From Acidobacteriota bacterium (lineage in GTDB: Bacteria > Acidobacteriota > Terriglobia > Bryobacterales > UBA6623): 64,000 nt of DNA. The notes below the pieces were generated by a model. That model ran no database searches and was not told where the DNA came from. It saw only the letters and a program-made list of their open reading frames with translations. The position numbers were made by a program, and so were the translations under genes. Shown one piece after another: positions 9,861 to 19,688 of this stretch. The stretch is from positions 6,339-70,338 of the forward strand of contig JAQBUE010000002.1 in the NCBI GenBank assembly GCA_027624045.1. The letters run 5' to 3'. Numbering within the stretch: the stretch's first letter is position 1; each line of letters opens with the position of its first letter.

Positions 9861-10252
9861 CGGTTGTCGATTCCAGTGTCTGGATTCGCTATTTCTCCAA
9901 CTGTGATTCGTCTCCTGCGCTGGAGCGGCTCGATGCTCTGCTATCCGAAGAGATCATCGTCGTCGGCGATTTGATCTTAGCCGAGGTCCTGCAGGGATTT
10001 CGCTCCGACAAAGACCATCGTACCGCCAAGTCGCTTCTCACCTCGCTCGAGTATCGGGACATGATGGGCCGGACGGTGGCGATCGAGAGTGCAGAGCACC
10101 ACCGGCTCCTGAAAAAGCGAGGCATCACGATTCGGAAAGCGATTGACTCCCTTATCGCGACGTTTTGCATCATCCACAACCTCCCGTTACTGCATGACGA
10201 TCAGGACTTTCTACCCTTCGAGCAGCACTTGGGACTACGGTCCGCGCTGTAG
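9857..10252 (+). CDS. vapC: type II toxin, PIN-domain ribonuclease VapC
   Basis: 131 aa with the N-terminal VVDSSVW acidic residue, a mid-protein E, and the C-terminal LLHDDQDF acidic residue of the PIN fold. Confidence 0.85.
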   Translation: MTVVDSSVWIRYFSNCDSSPALERLDALLSEEIIVVGDLILAEVLQGFRSDKDHRTAKSLLTSLEYRDMMGRTVAIESAEHHRLLKKRGITIRKAIDSLIATFCIIHNLPLLHDDQDFLPFEQHLGLRSAL

Positions 10253-10365
10253 AAAGAGAAGTATGTGCACCGACGGGATTCCCCGCGGCAGCCGGGGTTA
10301 CGATTGAAACGAAGCTGAGGTGACCCAATGAAGTTCCTTCAATACTCGGCACGATTCGCTTCTCG

Positions 10366-11139
10366 CTAGCGGAAAAGATCGCTCTCTGACGCCCGTAGCA
10401 GATCGCGGCCTGTCCCTGGGTCACTCCGCGGGGCGTAGCCTTCAATGAGCACAACGGGCTGTCCGACATCTTTTTGCATGAGCAGGCCCGCGGCGCAGGC
10501 GAGTTCATCGGCCACAGCGATGCAGGTTGCCGCAAGGGGGCGGCCGTGGCGGTCGGCGGAGCCTCGGCGGTCATCAAGCGGGGCGAGCCCGGCGACGCCG
10601 ATGGCGACATCGACTTGTCCCACGCGCCAAGGCCGGCCGAAAGAATCGCTGATGATGACACCGCAGTTGACACCGCTTTCGGTGCTGAGCGTTTCGCGGA
10701 TGGCGCGGGCCGAGGCGTCGGGGTCTTCTGGCAACAGGATGGCGGACTGCTGATCTTCGACGTTCGATCGATCCACGCCGGCATTGGCGCAGATGAAGCC
10801 GTGATGAGTTTCGCTGATGATAACGCCGCGCTCCATGCGGACGATTCGCCGGGACTCCCGCAGAACGAGCTCGACAAGGCGAGGGTCTTTGTCGAAGTCC
10901 TCGGCAAAGCGAAGAGCTTTGGCGGAAGGCTCGATGGTCCTCAAGTCGATGATCCGACCTTCGACCTTGGAAACTACTTTTTGAGCGATGACGATGACGG
11001 TGTTGCTTGTCCAGGTGTGATTCTCGCGTTGGGCGGCGGAGAGGATCTCGTCGGTCAGCTTGTCGCCGGGACGAAACTCGGGAAGGGTCCTGAGCGGCGT
11101 CAAGGTAAGTTTCAGTGGGAGGGTCACGGTGGAAGTCAA
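10366..11139 (-). CDS. cofE: coenzyme F420-0:L-glutamate ligase, single-domain (archaeal-type) form
   Basis: VIAQKVVSKVEGR, DPDASARAIRE and CANAGVD motifs are present. It begins with TTG at 11139 overlapping the cofC stop (TTGA). There is no C-terminal nitroreductase-like domain. Confidence 0.85.
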   Translation of the reverse strand: MTSTVTLPLKLTLTPLRTLPEFRPGDKLTDEILSAAQRENHTWTSNTVIVIAQKVVSKVEGRIIDLRTIEPSAKALRFAEDFDKDPRLVELVLRESRRIVRMERGVIISETHHGFICANAGVDRSNVEDQQSAILLPEDPDASARAIRETLSTESGVNCGVIISDSFGRPWRVGQVDVAIGVAGLAPLDDRRGSADRHGRPLAATCIAVADELACAAGLLMQKDVGQPVVLIEGYAPRSDPGTGRDLLRASESDLFR

Positions 11140-11828
11140 AGACGGGCTGCCTGCGGAGTCGCTATTGCGGCCCGGGCCCGCTCGAAAGCGTCAATACTGA
11201 AAAGGTAATCGAGGACGTCGTTACTCGTTCCTGCCGGAGCTTCGATTGCGAGCAGATCTTCAGGAGTATCGAGATCCAAGGTGATCCCCAGGGGCCGCTG
11301 TACGTCGACCTGAGCGCCGGCCGCACGGGCCGAACTCGTGTGCTTTTGAAAACTACCGGGGCCGAATTGGCCCACAATCACCTCGGGAGGTTTGCGAACG
11401 AGGGCGTTCGTCCCGCTGCCGTCAGCCGACGGGACAATGACCAGTGCAGGCGAGGGAAGCCGTGACGCAGCCTCCAGAAGCCGCGTGTAGTCATCCGCGG
11501 TCGCCAGCGGGACATCGATAGGCGCGCAAAGAACGGTGGTCGCACCCAGGCCGGCGGCCATCGCGATTCCGTTTTCAGCCGACTGAGTGTGGCCCAGTTG
11601 GACTGCCTCTTCGAGTACATGGGCGCCGGCATGGCGGGCGGCGGCGATGATACCTGCGTCGTTGGCGACGACGATGAGCCGGTCGAGCAGAGACACCGCG
11701 GTCAATGTTTCGAGCGCTTTGAGGGCCAGACAGCGGGCAAGCTCTTCCCGCTCAGCCGGCGACAGTAGCGCGCTGAGGCGGCTCATCGAATCCGCTGGCG
11801 ACTTAACCGGTAATACGCCAACGATCAC
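11136..11828 (-). CDS. cofC: 2-phospho-L-lactate (or PEP/3-PG) guanylyltransferase
   Basis: VLPVKSPADSMSRLS...LSPAEREELARCLALKALETL is CofC/FbiD-like. Start moved to GTG 11828, which overlaps the cofD stop in a GTGA. The track start at 11900 would overlap cofD by 76 nt. Confidence 0.75.
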   Translation of the reverse strand: MIVGVLPVKSPADSMSRLSALLSPAEREELARCLALKALETLTAVSLLDRLIVVANDAGIIAAARHAGAHVLEEAVQLGHTQSAENGIAMAAGLGATTVLCAPIDVPLATADDYTRLLEAASRLPSPALVIVPSADGSGTNALVRKPPEVIVGQFGPGSFQKHTSSARAAGAQVDVQRPLGITLDLDTPEDLLAIEAPAGTSNDVLDYLFSIDAFERARAAIATPQAARL

Positions 11829-12760
11829 GAGCTCGCAGCCTCTAGGACGGCCTGGGCGAGAGCGATTTTTTCTGGTAAGCCCTTCATGATCGTCGGGCAA
11901 ACAACCGTCCGCATGCCAAGCTCCTCGACCGCGGGCCGGAGATCGCGGTCCGTTTCGTCGAGGATGAACACGTCAGCAAAATCGCGGTAGAGATTTGCGA
12001 CGGCGCTTGCCGAAGCGCCGTATCCCAGGCTGTTTAGCATCGCCGCGGCAGGCCCCTTGATGGCCTTGCCGCCGATGATGGGGCTGATCGCGAGAACACG
12101 GGCGGAAGTCTCGTGTAGTGCTTCGCGAATGCCGGGAACCGCCAGGATCGGGCCGATGCTGATGACGGGATTGCTAGGGGCGAGGATGACGGCGTCCGCC
12201 TGCGCGATCGCTTCCAGTACACCGGGCGCGGGCGCGGCTTGCGCGGCACCCACAAAGTCCACGCTTCGGACCACCGGCTCGGCACGATGCTTCACGAAAT
12301 ATGTCTGGAAATCGAGCTGGCCCGCGTCGGTCTCAAGCCAGGTCCGGACGGGATTGTCGCTCATCGGCAGGATCGTCGAGCGCACCCCCAACGAACGGAC
12401 GATCCGCGCGGTAACTTCGGACAAAGGGAAACCGCCGCGAAGCAACGAGCCGCGGAAGATGTGCGTTGCGAGATCGCGGTCGCCCAGTTGAAACCACGTC
12501 TCGTTGGTAAAGCGTTTGAGCGATTCGAGCGCGTGGAAAGTCTCATTCGCCAATCCCCAGCCGCGCTCTTGATCCGCGAGCCCGGCCAGCATATACGTAA
12601 CCGTGTCAAGGTCGGGACAGATTGTGAGGCCATGCAGTTCGACATCATCGCCGGTGTTCCCGATCACGGTGATGCTTTCCGGCGGGACAACCTGAGTCAA
12701 ACCTTCGAGAAAACGGGCTGCCCCAACACCTCCCGCTAACACAGTAACCCGCTCAAACAT
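11825..12760 (-). CDS. cofD: 2-phospho-L-lactate transferase (LPPG:FO transferase)
   Basis: The N-terminal VLAGGVGAARFLEGL and the overall CofD/FbiA-like sequence fit. Its ATG abuts the fno stop (TAG then ATG). Confidence 0.9.
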   Translation of the reverse strand: MFERVTVLAGGVGAARFLEGLTQVVPPESITVIGNTGDDVELHGLTICPDLDTVTYMLAGLADQERGWGLANETFHALESLKRFTNETWFQLGDRDLATHIFRGSLLRGGFPLSEVTARIVRSLGVRSTILPMSDNPVRTWLETDAGQLDFQTYFVKHRAEPVVRSVDFVGAAQAAPAPGVLEAIAQADAVILAPSNPVISIGPILAVPGIREALHETSARVLAISPIIGGKAIKGPAAAMLNSLGYGASASAVANLYRDFADVFILDETDRDLRPAVEELGMRTVVCPTIMKGLPEKIALAQAVLEAASS

Positions 12761-13450
12761 CTACGCGCCATCCTCAAAGTCCGGCAGGCCTGTGAAACGA
12801 ACGCCGCTCGATTCCACCTCATGTCGCAGGTTCAGGGCGATGAGTAAGGCTGCCAAGTGCTCGGCGTAGCGGGCGTTTTCGAGCGGTCCGGCATCAATGG
12901 TCCGCGCCCCCGGAATATTGCTGATCAAACTCGCCGTAATGCGGCGCGCCTCGCGGTCGTCGCCGACAACGAGCACATCCGATTTCACAGGCTGTTCAAT
13001 ATCATGCAGCGACTTGGCGCTGACGCTGTGCAGGGCTGCCGTCACGCGAACCGTATCCGGAACATAACGGGCGGATTGCTCGGCGGCGGAGCCTTCCCAC
13101 AGCGGCAGAATATGGGAAAGACGACCGCCGACGGCGCGTTCGAGCGGCACGGCGGTCTCGACCAGCACCGCGTCGGCCTGCCAGTAGTTCTTGAGAAGCT
13201 TCAGCGTCGCGATACGCGCTGCGAGCGGAAGCGCCAACACGACCACGGGCGCTTGTTGGACGGCATCGGCATAGAGCAGCGCTTCCACGTCACACCCCGG
13301 CACGGCCTCCCTCACGCGGTCCGCCGCGGAGCGTGCTTTATCGAGCGTTCGGGAGCCCAGTAAAACTTTTTCACCCGCCTGAGCCCAGCGCAGGGCCAGT
13401 CCCAGCCCGAGACTGCCCGTACCGGCGACGATTGCTATTGATAGCGGCAT
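12761..13450 (-). CDS. fno: NADPH-dependent F420 reductase (F420H2:NADP+ oxidoreductase)
   Basis: From ATG 13450 the product starts MPLSIAIVAGTGSLGLGLALRWAQAGEKVLLGSR, the Fno/NpdG Rossmann motif. The 126 upstream codons in the track ORF are Arg/Gln-rich and not coding-like. Confidence 0.8.
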   Translation of the reverse strand: MPLSIAIVAGTGSLGLGLALRWAQAGEKVLLGSRTLDKARSAADRVREAVPGCDVEALLYADAVQQAPVVVLALPLAARIATLKLLKNYWQADAVLVETAVPLERAVGGRLSHILPLWEGSAAEQSARYVPDTVRVTAALHSVSAKSLHDIEQPVKSDVLVVGDDREARRITASLISNIPGARTIDAGPLENARYAEHLAALLIALNLRHEVESSGVRFTGLPDFEDGA

Positions 13451-13492
13451 TGTAGGTCCTTGGTAGCCAGCGTATTCTACAATGTTTGACTC

Positions 13493-14428
13493 GTGCCATC
13501 GCAGGTAACGGGCCAGAGCCCGCAGCGCTCGGGGTTGCCACTGATAGCTTTGGGCGCGAGTTTGTGGGGTCTGGACACGGTTTTGCGCAGGCCGTTGACG
13601 GGCGAGCTTTCGAGCAGCACGATTGTTTTCTACGAGCACGCGCTGCTCTCCGTGATCTTCGTCCCGTATCTCGTTTTCAATCGGCGCTTGCTGTCGGGCT
13701 TGGGCTTTGCCTGTTGGGGCGCGCTGCTTTGGATCGCCTGGGGAGGGTCGGCGCTGGGAACAATTTTCTACACCCAGGCGGTTAAGCTGGGGAATCCGAC
13801 GAGCGCCGTCTTCCTGCAGAAGCTGCAACCTCTCTTCGCCGTGGCGCTGGCAAGCTGGTGGCTAGGCGAGAGGGAACCTCTGCGGGCGGGCTTTTGGTTG
13901 CGGCTTGGTGTCGCGCTCTTCGCTGCCTACTTGATTTCGTTCGGCGGTCTCACGAGTTGGGGCGGGCTGGGCGATGGCGATAGAGCCGCGGCTTTGTGGG
14001 CCGTCGGGGCGGCGGCGATTTGGGGCTCTTGTACGGTTGTCGGCCGGTACGTCATGCCCGTCGTCTCGCCGACGCTGCTCACGGCTCTGCGGGTGACGAT
14101 CGCCCTGCCGCTGCTGTGGGTCTTGACGCTGGCCGGCGGTTCGAGTGGCGGCGCCGGTCTGCCTGAAGTGCAGCACTGGGGGCGGCTGGTCTTGATGGCC
14201 TTACTGCCGGGATTTCTCAGTCTGATGATCTACTACCGGGGCTTGGCGCGGACACCGGCTTCCCTGGCGACCATCGGCGAACTGTGCTTTCCCGCTACAG
14301 CCGCCATGCTGAACTGGGCGTTTCTCGGTACCGAGATTACCGCCCTACAGGGCTTCGGTGTCGCCCTACTGTGGTTCGCGGTGCTGTGGCCTCGCAAGTC
14401 GATCGCGGCGGCGCACGTTGACACCTAA
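13493..14428 (+). CDS. EamA/DMT-family transporter
   Basis: About 10 hydrophobic segments in two EamA-like halves. GTG start, divergent from fno with only 42 bp between starts. Confidence 0.8.
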   Translation: MPSQVTGQSPQRSGLPLIALGASLWGLDTVLRRPLTGELSSSTIVFYEHALLSVIFVPYLVFNRRLLSGLGFACWGALLWIAWGGSALGTIFYTQAVKLGNPTSAVFLQKLQPLFAVALASWWLGEREPLRAGFWLRLGVALFAAYLISFGGLTSWGGLGDGDRAAALWAVGAAAIWGSCTVVGRYVMPVVSPTLLTALRVTIALPLLWVLTLAGGSSGGAGLPEVQHWGRLVLMALLPGFLSLMIYYRGLARTPASLATIGELCFPATAAMLNWAFLGTEITALQGFGVALLWFAVLWPRKSIAAAHVDT

Positions 14429-14454
14429 GCCATCCGCTCGCGATCGTTAGGGTA

Positions 14455-15186
14455 GTGGCCGCCGTACAGAACGGTACGCATCCCGGTGTGGTCTTCGAGG
14501 CGCGAGGGCTTACGAAGATCTATGACATGGGCGAAGTGCAAGTGCATGCCCTGCGTGGCGTGGACCTGGAACTTTACTCCGGCGAACTCGTCGTATTTCT
14601 CGGGCCGTCTGGCAGCGGTAAGTCGACGCTGCTAAATATCCTTGGCGGACTCGACACCGCGACGAGCGGGAAAGTCAGCTACCACGGCAAAGATCTGACC
14701 CGCGCCAATGACCGGGAACTCACCGAATATCGCCGCTACCATGTCGGCTTCGTTTTCCAGTTCTACAACTTGATACCGAGTCTGACAGCACTCGAAAACG
14801 TGGCGGCTGTTACTGAAATCGCGCGCGATCCGATGAAACCCGAGGACGCTTTGGCGGTCGTCGGATTGAAGGATCGCATGAATCATTTTCCCGCCCAGCT
14901 CTCCGGCGGAGAGCAGCAGCGGGTCGCGATCGCTCGCGCCGTCGCAAAGAATCCGGCCGTACTTTTGTGCGACGAACCTACAGGCGCGCTGGACTCGAAA
15001 ACAGGCATCGTCGTGCTCGAAGCGCTTGAACGTGCGAATCGGGAACTTGGTACGACGACAGCCGTGATTACGCATAACGCCGACATTGCCGCCATGGCCG
15101 ATCGTGTGATTCAACTCAGTGACGGCTATATCGTGCAAATTGAACGCAACGCCCATAAGAAGCCCGCGAAAGAGTTGCACTGGTAG
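14455..15186 (+). CDS. ABC transporter ATP-binding protein (MacB/LolD-like)
   Basis: Walker [10 protein letters not shown], signature [14 protein letters not shown] and Walker [12 protein letters not shown]. Confidence 0.9.
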   Translation: MAAVQNGTHPGVVFEARGLTKIYDMGEVQVHALRGVDLELYSGELVVFLGPSGSGKSTLLNILGGLDTATSGKVSYHGKDLTRANDRELTEYRRYHVGFVFQFYNLIPSLTALENVAAVTEIARDPMKPEDALAVVGLKDRMNHFPAQLSGGEQQRVAIARAVAKNPAVLLCDEPTGALDSKTGIVVLEALERANRELGTTTAVITHNADIAAMADRVIQLSDGYIVQIERNAHKKPAKELHW

Positions 15187-15190
15187 CAAG

Positions 15191-17554
15191 ATGACGGCCC
15201 TCAACCGCAAACTGGTTCGCGACCTTTGGGCGCTCAAAGGCCAGGCGTTGGCGATCGCCCTTGTAATTACGAGCGGGGGAGCGACGTTCGTGATGTCGTT
15301 GAGTACGTTGGACTCGCTCAAGGCGACGCAAGCGGTGTACTACGGCGACTTTCGGTTCGCGGAGGCTTTCGCTTCAATGAAGCGCGCGCCGGAGAGCCTG
15401 CGCCTGCGGCTGGAGGAGATTCCAGGGACCGATGTGGTTCAGACCCGTGTGATTGCGCCGGCCACCATCGAGGTGGAAGGATATTCAGACCCGATCCGCG
15501 GGCAACTCGTATCGATTCCCGATCATGGTCAACCGCTACTGAATCAACTGTATCCGCGGCGAGGCCGGCTCGTGGATTCGGCGCGGGATGACGAGGTCAT
15601 CGTCCATGAGTCGTTCGCGAAGGCGCACGGGTTCGTGCCGGGGGACCGGATTACCACCGTCGTGAACGGTAGGCGAAAACGGCTGAGGATCGTGGGCATA
15701 GCTCTGTCGCCAGAGTATGTTTTCCCGATTGCACCTGGCGATTTCATTCCGGATTTCGCCAGCTACGGCATCATGTGGATGGCACGGACACCGCTGGAAG
15801 CCGCCTTTGACATGAAGGAAGCGTTCAACGACGCCGCGTTCACGCTAACGGCCGATGCGCAACTGGAGGAAGTGCTGGACCGCGTCGACGATGTGATCAG
15901 ACGCTACGGGGGTTTGGGTGCGTATGGCCGCACGGACCAGGTTTCTCATCGCTATCTGTCGGAGGAGTTTCGGCAGCTGGAGCAGATGGCGACGATTTAT
16001 CCCGTGATCTTCTTGGGAGTGGCGGCGTTCTTGCTGAACGTTGTTATCACCCGGCTCATTCGTACCGAGCGGGAGCAGGTGGCGACGCTCAAGGCCTTCG
16101 GCTACAGCAGCGCTGCCATTGGGTTCCACTACGTGAAACTCGTGCTGGCCATCGTCGGCATCGGCGTTGTCGGGGGAGTCGCGGCGGGCGTCCGTTTTGG
16201 TCAAGGGCTTAGCGGGATGTACATGGAGTTCTACCGCTTCCCGTTCTTGCACTATGTACTCGAACCGTATGTTGTGATCTCCGCCGCCATGGTGAGCGTG
16301 GGCGCGGGCCTTACGGGGACCTTGTATTCAGTTCGCCAGGCGGCGGGACAACCCCCGGCCCAAGCGATGCGTCCCGAGCCTCCGGCGAAGTACAGGGTGA
16401 GCATTGTCGAGCGCTTCGGGGCCCGCCGGTGGCTTTCACAGCCGGCGCGTATGGTCGTACGAAACATCGAGCGCCGACCCTTGAAATCGCTGCTCACGGC
16501 CACCGGCATCGCAATGTCGTGCGCGATTCTAATGGTTGGATTCTTCTTCAGCGACACGGTCGCGGCGATGGTGCGCATCCAGTTCGGGCTGATGCAGCGC
16601 GACGACTTGGCGGTCATCTTCGTCGAGCCTACGTCGCGGCGGATCTTGCATGAGCTGGAGAGTCTGCCCGGTGTTGAGCACGGTGAGGTTTTTCGGGCCG
16701 TGCCGGTGCGCCTCCGTTCGGAAAACCGCGACTATCGGACATCTATTCAGGGTGTAGAACCCGAGGGCGACCTGTATCGCGTGCTCGATGTGGATTTGCG
16801 GCCGATCGCGATGCCGCCATCGGGCATTCTGCTGACCGACTTCCTAGCGAAATTCTTGCAGGTAGGTCCGGGTGACAATCTTACCGTCGAAGTCCTCGAA
16901 GGCGGCCGCCCGGTACGCGAAGTGACGGTTGCCGGGTTAGTGACGCAGTATGTGGGAGTTTCGGCCTACATGGATATCGATGCGCTTAATCGTTTGATGC
17001 GGGAAGGTAGAGCAATTTCAGGCGTCTACCTGGCGGCGGATTCGCTTCACGAGACTGCGATCTATTCGTCACTGAAAGAAGCGCCGCGAGTGGCCGGCGT
17101 CAGTGTGCGCAAGAAGATGCTCAAGAACTTCAATGAAACGATGGCCGAGCAATTGCTGACGTTCACGTTCTTTCTGACATTCTTTGCGGGGACGATTGCC
17201 TTTGGCGTCGTCTACAACAGCGCACGAGTTGCTTTATCGGAGAAAGGCCGGGAGTTGGCGAGCTTGCGCGTGCTGGGGTTCACGCGCGGCGAGATCTCAT
17301 TTATCTTGCTGGGGGAGCTGGCGGTTCTCACGCTGATTGCGATTCCGATGGGTTACGCTATCGGTGGTTTGTTCTGTGGATACGTCGTGAAGTCGCTGGA
17401 GACCGACCTATTCCGTTTCCCGTTCGTGATCGCGCCGAGCACTTACGCCTTTGCGGCGACGGTCGTGCTGGTCGCGTCAGTCATCTCGGCGATGCTAGTG
17501 CGGCGTGAGCTCAACCATTTGGATCTGGTGGCTGTGTTGAAGACGAAAGAGTAG
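15191..17554 (+). CDS. ABC transporter permease with two FtsX/MacB-type domains
   Basis: From ATG 15191 it begins MTALNRKLVRDLWALKGQ, the typical FtsX-family N-terminus. Two repeated 4-TM modules are separated by large extracytoplasmic domains. Confidence 0.85.
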   Translation: MTALNRKLVRDLWALKGQALAIALVITSGGATFVMSLSTLDSLKATQAVYYGDFRFAEAFASMKRAPESLRLRLEEIPGTDVVQTRVIAPATIEVEGYSDPIRGQLVSIPDHGQPLLNQLYPRRGRLVDSARDDEVIVHESFAKAHGFVPGDRITTVVNGRRKRLRIVGIALSPEYVFPIAPGDFIPDFASYGIMWMARTPLEAAFDMKEAFNDAAFTLTADAQLEEVLDRVDDVIRRYGGLGAYGRTDQVSHRYLSEEFRQLEQMATIYPVIFLGVAAFLLNVVITRLIRTEREQVATLKAFGYSSAAIGFHYVKLVLAIVGIGVVGGVAAGVRFGQGLSGMYMEFYRFPFLHYVLEPYVVISAAMVSVGAGLTGTLYSVRQAAGQPPAQAMRPEPPAKYRVSIVERFGARRWLSQPARMVVRNIERRPLKSLLTATGIAMSCAILMVGFFFSDTVAAMVRIQFGLMQRDDLAVIFVEPTSRRILHELESLPGVEHGEVFRAVPVRLRSENRDYRTSIQGVEPEGDLYRVLDVDLRPIAMPPSGILLTDFLAKFLQVGPGDNLTVEVLEGGRPVREVTVAGLVTQYVGVSAYMDIDALNRLMREGRAISGVYLAADSLHETAIYSSLKEAPRVAGVSVRKKMLKNFNETMAEQLLTFTFFLTFFAGTIAFGVVYNSARVALSEKGRELASLRVLGFTRGEISFILLGELAVLTLIAIPMGYAIGGLFCGYVVKSLETDLFRFPFVIAPSTYAFAATVVLVASVISAMLVRRELNHLDLVAVLKTKE

Positions 17555-17557
17555 GAG

Positions 17558-18760
17558 ATGAAGCTGAAGCGCATCCTGACCTGGCTCGTTGTGGGCGGGG
17601 CCATCGTGGCGGCGATCGTGTGGGGTTTCATGCCGCGCCCGATCCCGGTCGAGACAGTACGGGTCGAGCGGGGTCCGTTGCAGGTGTCGATCGAGGAGGA
17701 AGGGAAGACACGCGTGGTGGACCGCTTCGTCGTGTCGGCTCCGGTGGCGGGATTTGCGAGGCGTCTGAAATGGGATGTGGGCGACGTTGTGAAGCGCGGC
17801 CAGGCGCTACTGAATCTCGATCCTCCGCGGGCGACTGTGCTGGACCCTCGCAGCCGTGCTGAAGCGGAGGCCCGCGTGGCAGCGGCGGAAGCGTCCTTGA
17901 AACAGGCCCAGCAGGACTTAGAAGCTGCCGAGGCGGAGGCCCGCCGCTGGGAAACCCAGCTCAAGCGACGGCAAGAGTTACACGCGGCGGGAACCATCTC
18001 GGACGAAGACCTCAACGAGGCCGAATCCGGTGCGCAACGAAGCCGAGCCCAGGCTCGCGCGGCGCGCTTCGCTGTCGAGGTGGCGCAGCATCAGTTAGAG
18101 GCGGCTCGGACAGCTCTGCAACACTCCGCCGCGCCGCGGTCTCAGCAGTCTGCCGAAACGATCTCGGTCCGCGCGCCGGTCGGGGGCAGAATTCTGAAGA
18201 TTATTCATGAGAGTGAAGGCGTTGTGAATCCCGGCGACACCCTGGTTGAAATCGGCAATTCCCATGGACTCGAAGTCGTGGTGGAGTTGCTTTCGGCCGA
18301 CGCCGTGAAGGTGGCGCCCGGCACCAGCGTGTTGTTCGAGCGGTGGGGCGGAGAGCGTCCACTGGAAGGCCGCGTGCGAGTTGTCGAGCCGACCGGTTTC
18401 ACGAAGATCTCGGCGCTGGGCGTCGAAGAGCAAAGAATACTGGTGATCGTCGACATTACCTCGCCGCCTGAAGAATGGGCGCGGCTGGGCGACGGCTATC
18501 GAGTCGAGGCGCGTTTCATCCTGTGGGAGGGCGAAAACGTGCTTCAGGTTCCGAGCAGCACCTTGTTTCGTGAGGGCGCCGGTTGGGGTGTCTTCACGTT
18601 GGCGGACGGCTTGGCGCTGCGCAAGTCGGTTGAACTCGGCAAACGCAGTGGTCTGATCGCCGAGGTCTTGTCGGGCTTACAGGAAGGCGACATGGTGATT
18701 ACGCATCCCGATGATGCGATTGCGGATGGTGTGCAAGTGGAGCCGCGCGGCGGCAAGTAG
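17558..18760 (+). CDS. HlyD-family periplasmic adaptor (membrane fusion protein)
   Basis: Has an N-terminal TM, a coiled-coil hairpin (AEARVAAAEASLKQAQQDLEAAEAEARR...) and beta-barrel segments. It follows the ABC genes directly. Confidence 0.85.
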   Translation: MKLKRILTWLVVGGAIVAAIVWGFMPRPIPVETVRVERGPLQVSIEEEGKTRVVDRFVVSAPVAGFARRLKWDVGDVVKRGQALLNLDPPRATVLDPRSRAEAEARVAAAEASLKQAQQDLEAAEAEARRWETQLKRRQELHAAGTISDEDLNEAESGAQRSRAQARAARFAVEVAQHQLEAARTALQHSAAPRSQQSAETISVRAPVGGRILKIIHESEGVVNPGDTLVEIGNSHGLEVVVELLSADAVKVAPGTSVLFERWGGERPLEGRVRVVEPTGFTKISALGVEEQRILVIVDITSPPEEWARLGDGYRVEARFILWEGENVLQVPSSTLFREGAGWGVFTLADGLALRKSVELGKRSGLIAEVLSGLQEGDMVITHPDDAIADGVQVEPRGGK

Positions 18761-18769
18761 GAGGAGTGT

Positions 18770-19528
18770 TTGGCGGACAAGGACTTTGCGGGAAAGACAG
18801 CCTTAATCACTGGTGGCTCCCGAGGCATTGGGCGAGCCACGGCCCTCAAGCTGGCGCGGCACGGGGCCGATATCGCCATCAATTATCTGAGCCGCGATCG
18901 CGAGGCGGAAGAGGCGAAGCTGCTTGTCGAGCGGCTGGGTGTTCGCTGCGTTCTCGTAAAGGCCGACGTTTCTGATCCCGCTGCGGTGACTGATATGGCG
19001 GCTCGTGCCCGCGATGCACTCGGGCCGATCGACCTGCTTGTCGCAAACGCCGGGATCAGCATCCTCGAATCCCACCAAGAAATCTCCTGGGCGACTTGGC
19101 GCAAAACGATGTCGATCAATCTCGATGGCGCATTCTTGACCGTCATGGCTGTCAAGGATGAGATGCTCCGCCGCGAGTACGGCCGCATCGTTTGCATCTC
19201 GTCGGTGGCGGCCCTGCGGCCGCGAAAGATGCAGATTCACTATGCCTCGAGCAAAGCGGCGCTACATGCGATGGTTCGATGCTGCGCGGAGGCATTCGCG
19301 CCCGATGTCCGGATCAATTGCATTGCTCCCGGCTTAATCGAAACGGAGATGGGCGCGACACTGGGTTCCGAGCGCGCGGCATAGATCGTCGCCGACACAC
19401 CCCTGGGTCGCCTTGGTCAGCCCGAGGATATCGCCGATGCCGTCTACTTCCTGCTGTCCGATTTGTCGCGATTCATCACCGGGCAGACCCTCCCGGTCAG
19501 CGGTGGACGGATCATGATCGGCGCCTAG
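18770..19528 (+). pseudogene. short-chain dehydrogenase/reductase (FabG-like) interrupted by one in-frame TAG
   Basis: TGGSRGIG cofactor motif and YASSKAAL catalytic YxxxK are present. The ORF stops at TAG 19382-19384. The same frame continues [47 protein letters not shown] to TAG 19526-19528, which is the normal SDR C-terminus. Confidence 0.8.
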
Positions 19529-19688
19529 GAATTCACGAAGCTACCCGCCGAATTCACAAGCCGGCAAGCGGCTGCTCTGGGAGCTTGGCGCTCGCTGTGA
19601 TTGGATGAGTGGCCGCGAAAGTCAAAGGCGGCGGAGATCGAGACTGAGATCCTTGCTGCCCCTGTTCTGTGTTGCCCGTTCCCCGCTG

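Noticed and set aside
12761-13828. Long 5' extensions of track ORFs: fno as 355 aa, dehydrogenase 6537-7661, trpS to 36311, ggt to 42525, icd from 39147, tatA to 22509, and DUF1592 from 22344.
   Set aside because: In each case the family-typical N-terminus or signal peptide begins at an internal ATG. The upstream part is low-complexity or overlaps a neighbouring gene. Starts were trimmed accordingly.
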